A DNA stretch of 64,000 nucleotides from NCBI GenBank assembly GCA_013239625.1, contig MU053934.1, positions 9,569,352-9,633,351 of the forward strand, written 5' to 3'. The DNA comes from Lama guanicoe. Taxonomy: Eukaryota. The notes beneath the pieces are model-generated. The model had not been told where the DNA came from and did no database searches. It saw only the letters and a list, made by a program, of their open reading frames with translations. Both the position numbers and the translations under genes were made by a program. This document shows positions 49,154 through 61,500 of this stretch, piece by piece. Each line of letters opens with the position of its first letter. Positions within the stretch are counted from its first letter, which is position 1.

Positions 49154-49320
49154 TAGCGCAGGGAACTATATTCAGTATCTTATAGTAGCCTATAATGAAA
49201 AAGAATATGAAAATGAATATATGTATGTGTATGTATGACGGAAACATGATGCTAGACACCAGAAATTGACACATTGTAAACTGACAATACTAAAATAAAA
49301 ATAAAAAAAGAGAGAGAGGA
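49154..49320 (+). mobile_element. 5'-truncated L1 3' end inserted in an older L1M
   Basis: tagcgcagggaactatattcagtatctt..tataatgaaaaagaatatgaaaa; TSD-like GAGAAATGA at 49145-49153 and 49321-49329. Confidence 0.85.
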
Positions 49321-49558
49321 GAGAAATGACAACAAAATGCAACATCTGACCCCAGACTGGATCCTGTACTGGAGGGAAAAAGTACAGTCAAGGACATTAT
49401 TAGGTCAATTGACAAAATTTGACTATGAATCATAAAGTGTCGTATCACTGTTAAATTTACTGAAATTGGTAGGTGTACTGTAGTATATAAGAGAATATCC
49501 TTCTTAGAAAACACATGCTTCAGTTGAGGGAGAGAGGGCTCTGCTTCAAACACACACA

Positions 49559-49601
<43 letters not shown>

Positions 49602-49790
49602 TATATGGTTACCTACTTATAAAGACAAAGCAAGTGGATAGAATGTTGATCATAAGTAAATGTGATGAAGGGTACTTGGCTTACTGTGTTTTTCATACTG
49701 TTTTCTGTGTGTGTGCGCAATTTTTCTGGAAATGAAATTACTTACAAGTGAAAAGAAAAAGCAAATAAACAAAAAAAGCAGTTTCTACCT
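49321..49790 (+). mobile_element. Old L1MC/L1ME-type 3' end
   Basis: aaatgcaac..actggatcctgtactggagggaaaa..aaggacattattaggtcaattgacaaaatttga motif. Confidence 0.7.
49550..49600 (+). repeat. (CA)n microsatellite
   Basis: About 25 CA units with one GA interruption. Confidence 0.97.
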
Positions 49791-50122
49791 CTATGTCTTA
49801 GCTACATTTATTACCATGTTTAGAATTTGGAAGCTGCAGATAAGAAAATGTGAGTAACAGCTCACCTATTCTGAAAACATCACTCCTAATTCATCTCCTT
49901 TTTAGCACTTCTTTAAATAAAAAAATTTTTTTAATTAGATATAATTGTAGATTCACATGCAGTTGTAAGAAGTAATACAGAGAGATCTCTAGTTCTCTTT
50001 ACCCGGTTCCCCCCATGGTAACATCTTACAAAACAATAGTGCCTAAACAACAAGCTCCTACTGTACAGCGCAGGGAACTGTACTCAGTATCTCTTATAAT
50101 AACCTACAATGAAAAATAGTGT

Positions 50123-50263
50123 GGGGAGAAGGGTACGGCTCAGTGGCAGAGCGTGTGCTTAGCATGCACGAGGTCCTGGGTTCAATCCCCAGTACCTCCA
50201 TTAAAAAAAATTAAAAAATAAAATAAAATAAATAATGAACCTAATTACCCCCCTGCAAAAAAA
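50123..50263 (+). mobile_element. tRNA-derived SINE (Vic-1-like) nested in an L1 3' end fragment (50044-50400)
   Basis: gctcagtggcagagcgtgtgcttagcatgcacgaggtcctgggttcaatccccagtacctcc; flanks rejoin as L1 3' end ..aatgaaaaa|gaatatgaaaaag.. Confidence 0.9.
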
Positions 50264-53014
50264 AGAATATGAAAAAGAATATGTATGTATAACTGAGTCA
50301 CTATGCTATACGCCAGAAATACAACATTGTAACTCAACTATATACTTCAATAAAAAAGTTTAGAAAGTTAAAAATTATACAAAAATTTAAAAAAATAAAC
50401 TAGCTGGAAGAGAACATATTCTCCTAATTGATTCTTTTAATTTTTAAATGCTGTAATTTTATAGCTCTTTGTAAAACACCTGAGATCCCACTGAAGGTGA
50501 AGAATGTGTGTGTACGCATGCAGATGTACAAATTAGCCCAGCGGAGCTGTTACAGTGTTCTATATTGACACCATGTATGTTAGCTGACTTTCTGTGGATC
50601 GTATTATATAGGAATGCTTTAAGTAAGTGTCCATTTGTTTCACTGGAAGAAAGAAACAACAGGACAGTATCACCGGGTGTCAACATGATGCTGTCAAGAC
50701 GGAGAGCATTGCCATCATCCAGCCACCACTCAGGCTGCCTTTGTAGCCTCCGGGCCCCCCATCCACCCCTGCTTTACCCTGGCAGTCTGGTCTCCATTTC
50801 TATCATGTTGTCATTTCAAAAATGGTAGATAATGAATCCTATGTTATGTAACTCCTCGGGCTTGGCTTTTCTCACTCAGCGTAGTTCCCGTGAGATTCAT
50901 CCCCGTGGTTGGGTGTGTTGAGGGTTCATTCCTTTTTATTGCCGGATAGTATCCCATGGAATGGATGTACCAAGCTTGGGCACCACTCACCCTTCAGAGG
51001 ACGCATGGGTGCTTCTCCAGTTACAAATGATGATGAACAAAGCTGCTGTGAACATCTGTGTACAGGTTTTAAACAGCTCTATTGAGGTGTAGCTTATGTA
51101 GTTACATATTCCAGTATGTCGCTCGTATACTTAAACAATAAAGTGTACAATTCCATGGTTTCCATTATATTTACTGTTCTGTGCAGCCGTTGCCACAATC
51201 TGATTTTAGAACACTTTTGTCACCCCTGAAAGAAACCGTGTACTCATTAGCCATCATTTGCCTGCCATGAGCACGTCCTACAAGTGGATTTATACAATAC
51301 TTGGTCTTCTGTGACTGGCCTCCTTCCTTTAGCATAATAGTTTCAAGGGTCATCCCTGTTGTATGAGGAATCAATACTTCATTTCTCTTCGTCCCTGAAA
51401 ATACTGTATAGATACAGTGCATTTCACTTATCCATTGATCAGTTGGTGGCTGTGTGAGTGGTTCCCACTTGCCGGCTGTGATGAATGAGAGCCACTAGGA
51501 ACTCCCGTGTGCAAGTTTTTGTGTAGATGTATGTTTTCGTTTCTCTAGAAGTGGAATTGCTGTGTCATGTGGTGACTCTGTGTTTACTTGTTCTGAGGGA
51601 TTGCCAAACTGTTTTCCGAATGGCCACGTCATTTTACAGCCTCACTAGCAATAGACGAGAGTTCCAGTTTCTCCACATCTTCACCGACACTTGGCATCGT
51701 CTGTCTTTTGGATTACAGCCATTCTAGGGGATGTGAAGTGGTATTTCATTGTAGTTTTGATTTTGCGTTTTCCTGACTAATGACCCTGAACATCTCTTCA
51801 TGCACCTATTGGCTGTTTGCAAATCTTTGGAGACATACCTGTTAAATCCTTTGCCCATTTCTTCATTGGGATATTTGTCTTTTTATTGCTGAGTTGCCAG
51901 AGTGCTCTGTATCTTCTGGACACGAGTCTTGTGCCAGGTATGTGATTTTTAAATATTTTCACCCATCTTATGAGTTCTCTTTTCTCTCTCTTGATGGTAG
52001 TATTTATAGCACAAAAATGTTTAATTTCAATGTCCAATTAATTTTTTTTTCTTTTGTCACTTGTGTTCTTGGTATGTGTACAGGGTTTTGTGTGAACCTA
52101 AGTTTTCATTTCACTGGGATAAATGCCCAACATAAGTTTCAACTGCTGGGTCATATGGCAGTTGTATGTTTCTTATAAAAAGAAACTGGCCAGCTGTTTT
52201 CCAGAGTGACTTACCGTTTTATTTATGTTCCCACCAGCAGTGTCTGAGTGATCCTGTTTGTCCACATCCCCACATTTGGTGGTGTTGCTCTTTTTTATTT
52301 CAGCCGTTCTGATAGCTATGTGGTGATGCCTCGCTGTGGTTTTCATCTGCAAGTGCCGCTAGTGGACAATGATGTGGAAGACCTTTTTGTGTGCTTATTT
52401 TGCTGTCTGTATACTCTCTTTGGTAAAATGTCTCTTCATGTCTTTGCCCATTTTCTAATTGGATTTTGGGGGTTTTATTGTTCAGTTTTGAAATTTGTAT
52501 TTCAAAATTGTCCTTTGTCAGACATGTGATTTGCAAATGTTTTCACCCAAAGTGGACTTGTCTTTTCAGCCTCTTCGTAAGGTCCTTTATAGACCAAACG
52601 TTTTTTATTTCGATGATGTCCAGTTTTTCAGTTTTTCCTTCTAGAGATCATGCTTCTAGTCTCAAGCTTAAGACCTTTTTACTTAGCTATAGATCCTGGA
52701 GATTTTCTCCTATCCTTTTTCTGTAAGTTTTTTGGCTTTACATTCTATGTGTAAGTCCGTGACCCCTTTGGAGTTGATCCTGTGTAAGATATGAGGCTTA
52801 GGTTGAGATGGTGATGATGATGATTGATGTTCAATCACACCAGCAGCATGTGTTGAAAAGGCTGTCATTCCTCCATTGACTTGCTTTTCCATCTTTGTCA
52901 AAAATCCATTGAGCATATTTGTATGAGTACGTTTCAGTGTTTTGTGGTCTGTTCATTTGTCTGTGTGTTGGTCCCTTTGTCAATACCACACTGTCCTGAT
53001 TACTCAATAGGTCT

Positions 53015-53538
53015 TAGTACCAAGTCCAAGCTCATACTGCTTCCTGCATAACAGGCCAGTAAATTGAGAAACAAGTGGTTGGGGTAAGGAATAGCAACTT
53101 TATTTGGAAAACCAGCAGACCAAGAAGATGGTGGCCTCGTGACCCAAAGAACCTTCCTCCTCAAGTTAGAATTCAGGCTTCTTTTATACTAAAAAAGGTG
53201 GAGGGTGGCAGAGTGGGGTGGCTGTTGCAGACTTCTTGGTGCCAGAATCTTTTGTTCTTGCAGCTGTCCATATAGATCTGGTCACAGTGTTTCTATAAAC
53301 CTCCAAAAAGACAGCTGTTATTTTCTGTTCTGCAACTTTTTCTCTCTATATGAATGGAAAAGTGTTATATCTTTAAAGGTAAGAGCCTTGAGAATGGGCT
53401 CTCCTGTGTATTTCAGGTTATAGGCAACTTTCATTTACAAAGGGTGCAGAACCAGCAAGACTGAGCACAGGAAACGGAGCCCAGGGTTAGAGCTAAAGGA
53501 ACAGATTAAACATGGAGCCGGGTTGTTTCTCTGTTACA
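53015..53538 (-). mobile_element. ERV1-class solo LTR inserted in the antisense L1
   Basis: ~520-bp non-L1 block ending tgttaca, with reverse-strand AATAAA (tttatt ~53098) and TATAAAA (ttttata ~53182); near-TSD gtct/gtat; L1 resumes on both sides. Confidence 0.75.
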
Positions 53539-55966
53539 GTATTAGGTAGAGTCATTCCTCCCTACTCACACTTCTTTTTCACGACTGATTTAGCCCTGCT
53601 AGGGCATGTCCTTTGCATATACGTTTAAGAGTAATCCTGTTTTTGTCTACAAAAAAAATCTTGCTGGGATTTTGACAGAATTATGTTAAAACTATAATTT
53701 GGGGAGAATTAAGATCTTTATTGTGTTGAGTCTTCCAATTCATGAACATGGTATGTTTCTTCTTTGTTTAGGTTCTCTTTGATTTTTTTTCATCAGCACT
53801 TTGTAATTTTCACTATTCAGATCCTGTATTTGTTTTTGTTAAGCTTTCGCCTAAGTATTTCATTTTCTTTGGGGTGACTGTAAATGACATTGCTTTTAAT
53901 TTTCATTACTCTATGTTTACTGTTAGTATGTAGGAACACAGTTTATTTCTGCATGTTGATCTGGCAACTTTGCTGAACCCATTAGTTCCAAGAGGTTTTT
54001 GGTAGCTTCCTGGGGATTTTCTACCTAGACAATCATGTCATCTGCAAATAGGGATTTATTTCTTCCTTTCTGTCTGTAGGCCTTCTATTCCTTCTCCTCC
54101 CCACCTCCCCCCCATTACGGTGGCTAGAACTTCTGAAACTGTGTTGAATAAGAATGGTGACAGTGGACATCTTTGCCTTGTTCCTGATCTTAGGAAGAAA
54201 GCATTCAGCTTTCCACCATGAAGTATGATATGATGTTTTTGTCAATATTCTTTATCAGTTTGAGATAGATCTTGTCTATTCCAAACTTGCTAAGAATTTT
54301 TGTCATGAAGAAGTGTCAGATCTTGTCAAATACATTTTCCTGCATTAATGAATATGATCATATGATTTTTCTTTTTCAGTCTATTGGTATAGGATATTAC
54401 AATTGATTTTCAAATGTTGAACCAGTCTTGCATACCTGGGATAAATCCTACTTAATAGTGGTGTATAATTCTTTTTATATATTCTGGGATTTGATTTGCT
54501 AGTTTTGTTGAGGATTTTAAAGTCTAAGCTCACAAACAGTTTTGGCCCATGGTTTTCATTTGTTTGCACTGACTCTGTCTGGTTTTGGTATCAGAGTAAT
54601 ACTAGCTTCATGAAAATGAATTGAGAAGTATTTCCTCCTCTTCTACTTTTGAGAAGAGATTGTATAAAACTGGTATAGTGTTCATGCTTCTTTGCATGCT
54701 TGGTAGGGTTTTACAGTGAAGCCAGCTGCATGGAAATTTCTTTCACAGGAGATTTCTAATCACAAATTCAACTTTTAAACAATTATAAGGCTATTGAGGT
54801 CATCTGTTTCATCTTCGTTCAGTTTTGGTAATTTGTAGTTTTCAAGAAATTTATTTATTGCTTGTTGAAGTTATGAGCCTAAAATTGTCTGCAGATTTTT
54901 ATTAACCTTTTACTAGTTGTAGGATCTGTAGTGATGCCCTGTTTCACTCATGATATTGATGATTTACAGCTTATCTTTTTATTTTTATCAAACTCACTAG
55001 AAGTTTATTTTTTCAGGGAGATTTTTGTTTCACTGGTTTCCCCATTTTCCTAATTTTAATCCCTTGATTGCATTGCTGCACTTATCTTTGCTAGTTCCTT
55101 TCTTCTGCTTGCTTTCAGTTTGTTTTGCTATTATTTTTCTAGTTTCTAGAGGTCAGGACTTAGATTAACTGAAAACCTTTCATCTTCTCTATTACAAGCA
55201 TTTAATACTATAAATTTGCCTCTCAGCACTGCTTTTGCTTCATCCTGTGTATTTTGGTATATTATATTTTTCTTTTCATTTAGTTCTATGTATTTTTAAA
55301 TTTTTGTCATTTCCTGTTGGATTATTTAGGAGTATATTGATTAATTTTCAAATATTTAGATATTTTCCTGTTGTCTTTCTGTTATGGATTTCTAGCTTGA
55401 TTCTATTGTGATTAGAAAATATACTTTGTAAGGTTTCTGCTCTTTTAAATTGGTTGAAGTTTAATGACTCAGGATATGATCTGTCTTGGTGGATGTTCCA
55501 TGGTGCTTGGGGAAAAAGTATTCTGCTCTTGTCAGTGGAGTGTTTTATTTATGTCCGTTAGATCCTGTGGGTTAATTATGTTGTTCAGCAGTTCTGTCAC
55601 CTTGCTGAATTTCCATTCAGTAATGTATTGGTTTCTAAGACAGAGGCGTTAAGTCCCCAACTATAATGGTGGGTACATCTATGTCTCCTTTCAGCTCTGT
55701 GACAGTTTTGTTTCACATAATTTGAGAATTTATTTTGGGGACATACAAATTAGGATTGTCATGTCTTCTTAGTGGATGAATCCTTTTATCATTTTCTGAT
55801 TCCCTTTATACGTTTAAAAGTAATCTGTTTTAATAGCCGATAATGTTCTTCCTTTCATATTTTATTCAGCACTCATTAATCCTAACACTGTATCAGAACT
55901 GTCAACAATATTTTATGTGAAATTTTGATTATATTATACCCTCTAAGATTCAGAATGAACTTTGAA

Positions 55967-56129
55967 GGTACAAACTATTAGGTGTAAAATAAGCTACAGG
56001 GATGTATTGTGCAATGTAGGGAAAGTAGCCAATATTTTATAATAACTATAAATGGAGTAAACTTTTAAAAATTGTGAATCACTGTATTGTACACCTGTAA
56101 CTTACATAACATTGTACACTTCAATTTTT
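55967..56129 (+). mobile_element. 5'-truncated L1 3' end with decayed 15-bp TSD
   Basis: ggtacaaactattaggtgtaaaataagctacagggatgtattgtgcaa..; AGAATGAACTTTGAA (55952-55966) vs AGAAAGGACTCTGAA (56130-56144), 12/15 identical. Confidence 0.8.
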
Positions 56130-56203
56130 AGAAAGGACTCTGAACAGTCTTACGTAGTTTTGATAAACAAGGATATTGGATCGACCTCAGTGTTAAGTGT
56201 GAG

Positions 56204-56473
56204 CAGGGGTTGGAGTACATGCAGGAGGTATTTCCGAAGCTTGGGCTGATACACAGGAGCTGTGTCAGGTGTCCTCAGGTGTACATCCAAGGACACGTAT
56301 CAGAATCTTGGATATTTACCCGAGGAGCTATTGCAGAATCTCAGATACAGAGCCAAGGAGGTAATTAGATTTGGGGGTATATACCCAAGAATTTATAACA
56401 GGATCTCAGGTTTATTTCCGAAAAGATGTATCAGAATCTCAGATGTCTACCCAGCGAGGCTTAGCAGGTTCTC
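56204..56473 (+). repeat. Highly diverged ~33-bp tandem repeat, about 8 units
   Basis: CAGAATCTC-like unit starts at 56301, 56334, 56366, 56399, 56432, 56465, with weaker units at 56204, 56234, 56266. Confidence 0.75.
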
Positions 56474-56930
56474 TAAGGAGGGGGTGAATTCTTAAAGTAT
56501 AGTCTAATAATTTATTTACTTTTACATTTAAAGCAATATTAAAGGAGAATATGTGATATTTCTATTAATCAGAAGGGGACATGGATTTAAAAAGATGGAG
56601 AAATAAGGGTTGCGACCTCGTAACCAACTTATTCTATGTGTGTGAAAATGACTAGCTTCCACTGTCCAGGATGGAATGACAGGAACCGATTTACTCTCCT
56701 GCCAGAGACAACCAGGAATTCAGACAAATGTATGAAACAATGTTTTTCAAGACATTGGACATCAGGCAGTGAACGGCACTGATGGTTGTGAGGTGAAAAC
56801 CAACGAAGTGAGAGATGTGACTTGAGAGAGTTTCCAGGCTGTGGTGCAGGGAGGGGAGCCCAAGCAGAGCATGGCAGGCACTCTAGGTTGAAGAGATGGG
56901 GCTGAGGGCCTAAGGAGACTTGAGTGCCTC

Positions 56931-57095
56931 GTGTCCCCAGGGCGGGGTGCCAAAGGCGAGGACTCTGGAGGTCTGCTAAGTGCCAGTGTCCCCAGGGCAG
57001 GGCGCCAAAAGCGAGGACTCTGGAGGTCTGCTAAGTGCCAGTGTCCCCAGGGCGGGGCGCCAAAGACGAGGACTCTGGAGGTCTGCTAAGTGCCA
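56931..57095 (+). repeat. 55-bp minisatellite, three near-identical copies
   Basis: GTGTCCCCAGGGCGGGG(T/C)GCCAAA..CGAGGACTCTGGAGGTCTGCTAAGTGCCA starting at 56931, 56986, 57041. Confidence 0.97.
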
Positions 57096-58423
57096 GTTGG
57101 TGCAGGCATGTGAGTAAAACTGCTTGAGGCCAGGAAAAAACCATCTGAGAGGATTAGAGGAACAGTGCCCAGCACTCAGACTGGGCCAGGAATAGTGCCT
57201 GGCACCCACATGGGGCCAGGAACGGTGCCCGTTGCCACCTGCCAGTCTGGAAAACCTCATGCTTCACGGGGAATTGTGTGGAGTGCTCAGAGAGATCTAG
57301 CCTCAGTGGGGGGGAATAATTGCACTAGATTGCGTGTGGCTGTGGTCCTGCCTGACGAACCTCCAAAATAAGACACAAAAGGATCTTCTCCAAGTATTTG
57401 AACTGCATCCCAGAGCAAAGCTCAAGAATATTTACAGGAAAACAAAACTATCCAGCACTGAACAAGGTAAAAATCACAATATCTGACATCTAATCAAAGA
57501 CTGCTAGACATGCAAAGAAGTGGGAAAAGAGAACCCTTATTGGGGGGGTGGAGAAAAATCAATGAATTGAAACCTACCCAGAACTGACATATATATTAGA
57601 TGTAGCAGATAAGTGCATTAAAATAGTTATTATGGTGGTATTTTACATGTTCAAAAAGTTAAGTAGATATATAACAAAATATACAAATTGAACTTCTATG
57701 CTGAAATCTGCAGTACCTGAGATTAAAAACACACTGGACAGGATTAACAGCAGATTAGACATTGCAGAAGAAAAGATTAGTGAACTTGAAGGCATAGCAG
57801 TAGAAACTAAGATGACACACCCAGAGAAAAAAAGAATTTTTTAAAAATGGAAAGAGCATCAGTGAACTGTTGAACTACAGCCTAATATACATACAGTTGG
57901 AGACCTTGGTGGGGGAAAGTGCGGGACGGGAAAAATATTTGGAGAAACAATGGGGTCAATTCATTGGGATGTTTAAACAATTCTAAAAGTTTATGCATCT
58001 AATAACAGAGCTTTAAAATACGTGAAACAGAAACTGACAGAATTTTAAGAAGAAACAAATACAAATTATAATCAGATAATTCATGAAGCAAATACAGAGA
58101 ATATCAGCAAGGATGTAGATTTGAACAATTCTGTCAACCAACTCGATCTAATTGGCATTTTTATATAGAATACTCTTCCAAACAGCAGAGGGTACATTAT
58201 TTTCAAGTGCATGCAGAATACTTACCAAGATACATCATGTTCGGGGCCATAAAATGAGCCTCAATAAATTTTAAAAGATTCAAGTCATATAAAGTAGATT
58301 CTCTGACATAATGGAATAAGTTAGAAATCCATAACATGAACATGAATTTAAAAGTCACCAAATGTTTGGAAACTAAATGACATGCTTCCAAATAACCCAT
58401 GTGTCAAAAAAGAAATCAAAATT

Positions 58424-58565
58424 GAGGAGGGTATAGCTCAAGTGGTAGAGAGCATGCTCAGCACACACAGGGTCTTGGGTTCAATCCCCAGTACCTCCTC
58501 AAAAAATAAATAAGTAAACCTAATTACCCTCCCCCCAAAATAAATAAAGAGCAATACATTAAAGA
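58424..58565 (+). mobile_element. tRNA-derived SINE (Vic-1-like) nested in L1
   Basis: gaggagggtatagctcaagtggtagagagcatgctcagc..gggttcaatccccagtacctcc; AAGAAATCAAA on both sides. Confidence 0.9.
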
Positions 58566-61500
58566 AAGAAATCAAAGAAGAAATTAGAAAATATTTTAAC
58601 TGAATGAAAATAAAAATAACATAGAAATCTGTGGGATCTGCTCTAGCAGTACTTAGATGGAAATTCGTAACACAAAACACCTATATTAGAAAAGAAGAAG
58701 GGATTCAAATCAATAACCTTAAGAAACTAGAAAAAGAAGAGCAAGTTAAACTCAGTGTAACCAGAAGAAAGGAAATAATGAAGATCAGAGTGAAATCAAG
58801 GAATAGAAAACCAAACACAACAGAGAAAAATCAATGGAACACAAAGCTGGTTCTTTAGAAGATAAATAAAATTGATAAGCCTCTAGCACGGCTCATCCAG
58901 AAAAAGAAGAGAAGACACAAACGAGCAGTATCTGGAATGAGAGAGGTGACATCGCTACAGATTGTACAGATAGCGAAAGGATAACAGGAAAATACGATGA
59001 ATGCCCTGCCAATAAATTTGGCAACTCAGATAAGAGGGATAAGTTACTTGAAATATACAGATCTCTAAAGCTGAGTTAAAGAAGTACTAGATTACCTAGC
59101 TGTGTGTCTGTTAAATAGAGTTTATAGTTAAAAATCTTTCCACAAAGGAATCTCAGGCTCAGATGGCTTCACTGATAGATTCTACCAAATATCTAAATAA
59201 TACTCGTTCTGCACAAAATCTTCCCCAAAATTGAAGAGGTGGGAGTACTTTGCAATTCATTCTAGAAGGCAAGCATTAATCTGATGTCAGACCTAGGTAA
59301 AGGCATCACAAGTAGCGAAAACTATACACCAACATCCCTTGTGAACATAGATGCAAAAGTTCGAACCTGCAGTTTAGGACATGGGATCAATGAGGTATAA
59401 TAAGAATGTTACAGCAGAGCCAGATGTTCAGCCCAGGAATGTGAGGGTGGTTTAATAGTCAAAAATTAATGTAATTTGCCAAATTAGCAGAATGAAGAAG
59501 AAAACCTCTTATGATCGTTTCAGTAGATACCCAAAAAGCATTTGATAAAATTCCATATTTGTTACTAACAAAAATCACTGGTTTCTACAAAGGTACAAAG
59601 GCAATTCAGTGGTGAAAGGCTGATCTTTTCAACAAATGGTGCAGCACCACTGGTTCTCCACATGCCCCAAATGAGCTTCGATCCATATACTCACACCATA
59701 TACTCAAAAATTAACCCAAACAGACCACAGATCTAAATGTAAAGTCTAAACTATAAAATCTTCTAGAAGAAAATACAGGAAAAAAACTTTCTAACCTTGG
59801 ACTAGGGAAAGATTTCATGGACATGACACCAATAGCAGAATGTACAAAAGGGAAAAAAATGATGAGTTGGACTATGCCAAAATGAAAACTTCTGCTCTTC
59901 AAAAGACAGTTTTGGGAAAATGAAAGTGCAGATTATAGACTGAGAAGAAATCTTTGTAAAGTGTAAGTCTGATAAAGGATTCATATCCAGAAAGAAACTC
60001 AGAAAATTCATCTGCAAGAAAATAACCCAGTTTTTAAAATGGGCAAGAGATTGGAACTGGCGCTTTACCAGAGAAGATCCGTGGATAGCCAGCCAGCATG
60101 TGGAACCTGTTCAGCATCATGTCTGTGCGAATAAGCCCGCAGCCCCCATCCTAGCATGTCCCAGCTTTCACGGGGGTGGTGTGATACCACTCACGTACCC
60201 GTTAGAATGGCTCAAAGTAAGAGACCGACCATACCAAACATGGCCCCATGATGTGGAGGGAGTGGAACACTCATACACTGCTGGTTCGAATGGAAGACAA
60301 GTAAACACTTTGGAAAATAGGTTGGTCGGTCATGTCTTGAAAGGTGAAACACCAGCATTTAATCCAGCACCCCACGCCCCGGTGCTTAGCCACGGGAAAA
60401 GAAAGCGTGTGTCCATTGCAGAGACCGGCCCATGGGTGTTTATAGCTGCTTTATCTGCAGTAGCCCAAACTTAGAAGCGATCCAGATGTTCATCCAGAGG
60501 TGAATGGAGTATTACTTTGCAATAAGGAGGAATGAACTGTTGATATGGGCAGCAGCATGGATGAATCTCAAATAATTCTGCTGAGTGAAAGCAGCCAGAC
60601 GAAATGAGTATATACTGCATGATTCTGTTCATAGAGACCTCTAGAAGATGCAAACTAACATGTAGTGACAGAGAGCAGATACGTAGAGACGGGGGCCAGG
60701 CTGGGCACGAGGAGGAGATTGCAGACGAGCAGGAGGAAGCTTTGTGGGGTGATGGATATGTTCACTGTCCTGATGGTGATGGTGGCTTCACAGGTGTAAA
60801 CATATGTCAAAACTTGTCAAGTTGAAAACTTTAGGTACAGATTATTGTATGCCAATTCTACGTCAAGAGAGTGGGCTTAAAACAAAAGAAGACAAAATGA
60901 TTCTCTCATAACTGGCACTAGAACTGTAGCCTTGGCTCTGAGGTCTTTATCTAAGATTCAAGTGGCCCAATGTGAAGACACTTACAAAAATGACTCCACT
61001 AGTGGAATGAGTAGACAATTCTCCACTCAATGTGCAAACATTTAGGAGCTTGAGTACTGGGAATTCCAGGAATCCTCCACATTTCATTTTGCCATTGGTT
61101 TAAACCTCCAGTCTTCATTTTAAAAAGAAATTAGGACAATACTGGTTTGGTTTTTTTTTTCCCCCGATCTCTAAACTTTAGTATAGAGACTCTAGCTAAG
61201 AATTACGTTCACACAACAGAGCGTCTGCTCTTAACGCAGATGAACTGGGAAGGGAAAACAACTTGCAGGTAATTCAGAAACAGATTATCAAATCTCCGAA
61301 TCCTAATAGTTGAGCTGTGACACTTTAGCACTGGGAGGTGCAGTGCAGTAAATTATACTGAGGATTATAGCATGGTGGTTTAGCGGCAAGGACCAGAGGC
61401 TGGCTGGCTGGGTTCAAACCCAGCTCCACTGCTTCTTTGACCCTGAGCACATGGCCGTCACCACCGTGTGCTTCAGTTTCCTTCTCTGTAGACATATTAA

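Larger units (their letters stand above)
49920..55810 (-). mobile_element. Antisense L1M cluster (L1MB/MC-like 3'UTR and ORF2 remnants, several nested pieces)
   Basis: Continuous reverse-strand L1 motifs (e.g. tcatgtcatctgcaaatag, gttgaaccagtcttgcatacctgggataaatcc, ctataaatttgcctctcagcactgcttt); minus-strand ORF fragments resemble ORF2. Confidence 0.9.
55837..56475 (+). pseudogene. Candidate decayed coding fragment of unknown origin, interrupted by an L1 3' end, ending in ~33-bp (11-aa) repeats
   Basis: After removing the L1 insert the frame reads PIMFFLSYFIQHSLILTLYQNCQQYFM*NFDYIIPSKIQNEL*TVLRSFDKQGYWIDLSVKCEQGLEYMQEVFPKLGLIH, followed by units such as QNLGYLPEELL, QDLRFISEKMY. No parent recognised. 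Confidence 0.35.
56650..60890 (+). mobile_element. Ancient internally deleted L1M (5' region, ORF1, ORF2 pieces, L1MC/MD-like 3' end)
   Basis: 5' motif cttccactgtccaggatgga..; ORF1-like cagattagacattgcagaagaaaagattagtgaacttgaag; ORF2-like segments; 3' end gatggatatgttcactgtcctgatggtgatggtggcttcacaggtgta. Confidence 0.88.

Noticed and set aside
56204..57095. Periodic repeats considered as a CRISPR-like array
   Set aside because: Head-to-tail tandem units without unique spacers, no cas genes, mammalian context.
51798..59902. Short ORFs with LINE ORF2-like peptides
   Set aside because: Fragmented, frameshifted L1 remnants; no intact ORF1 or ORF2.
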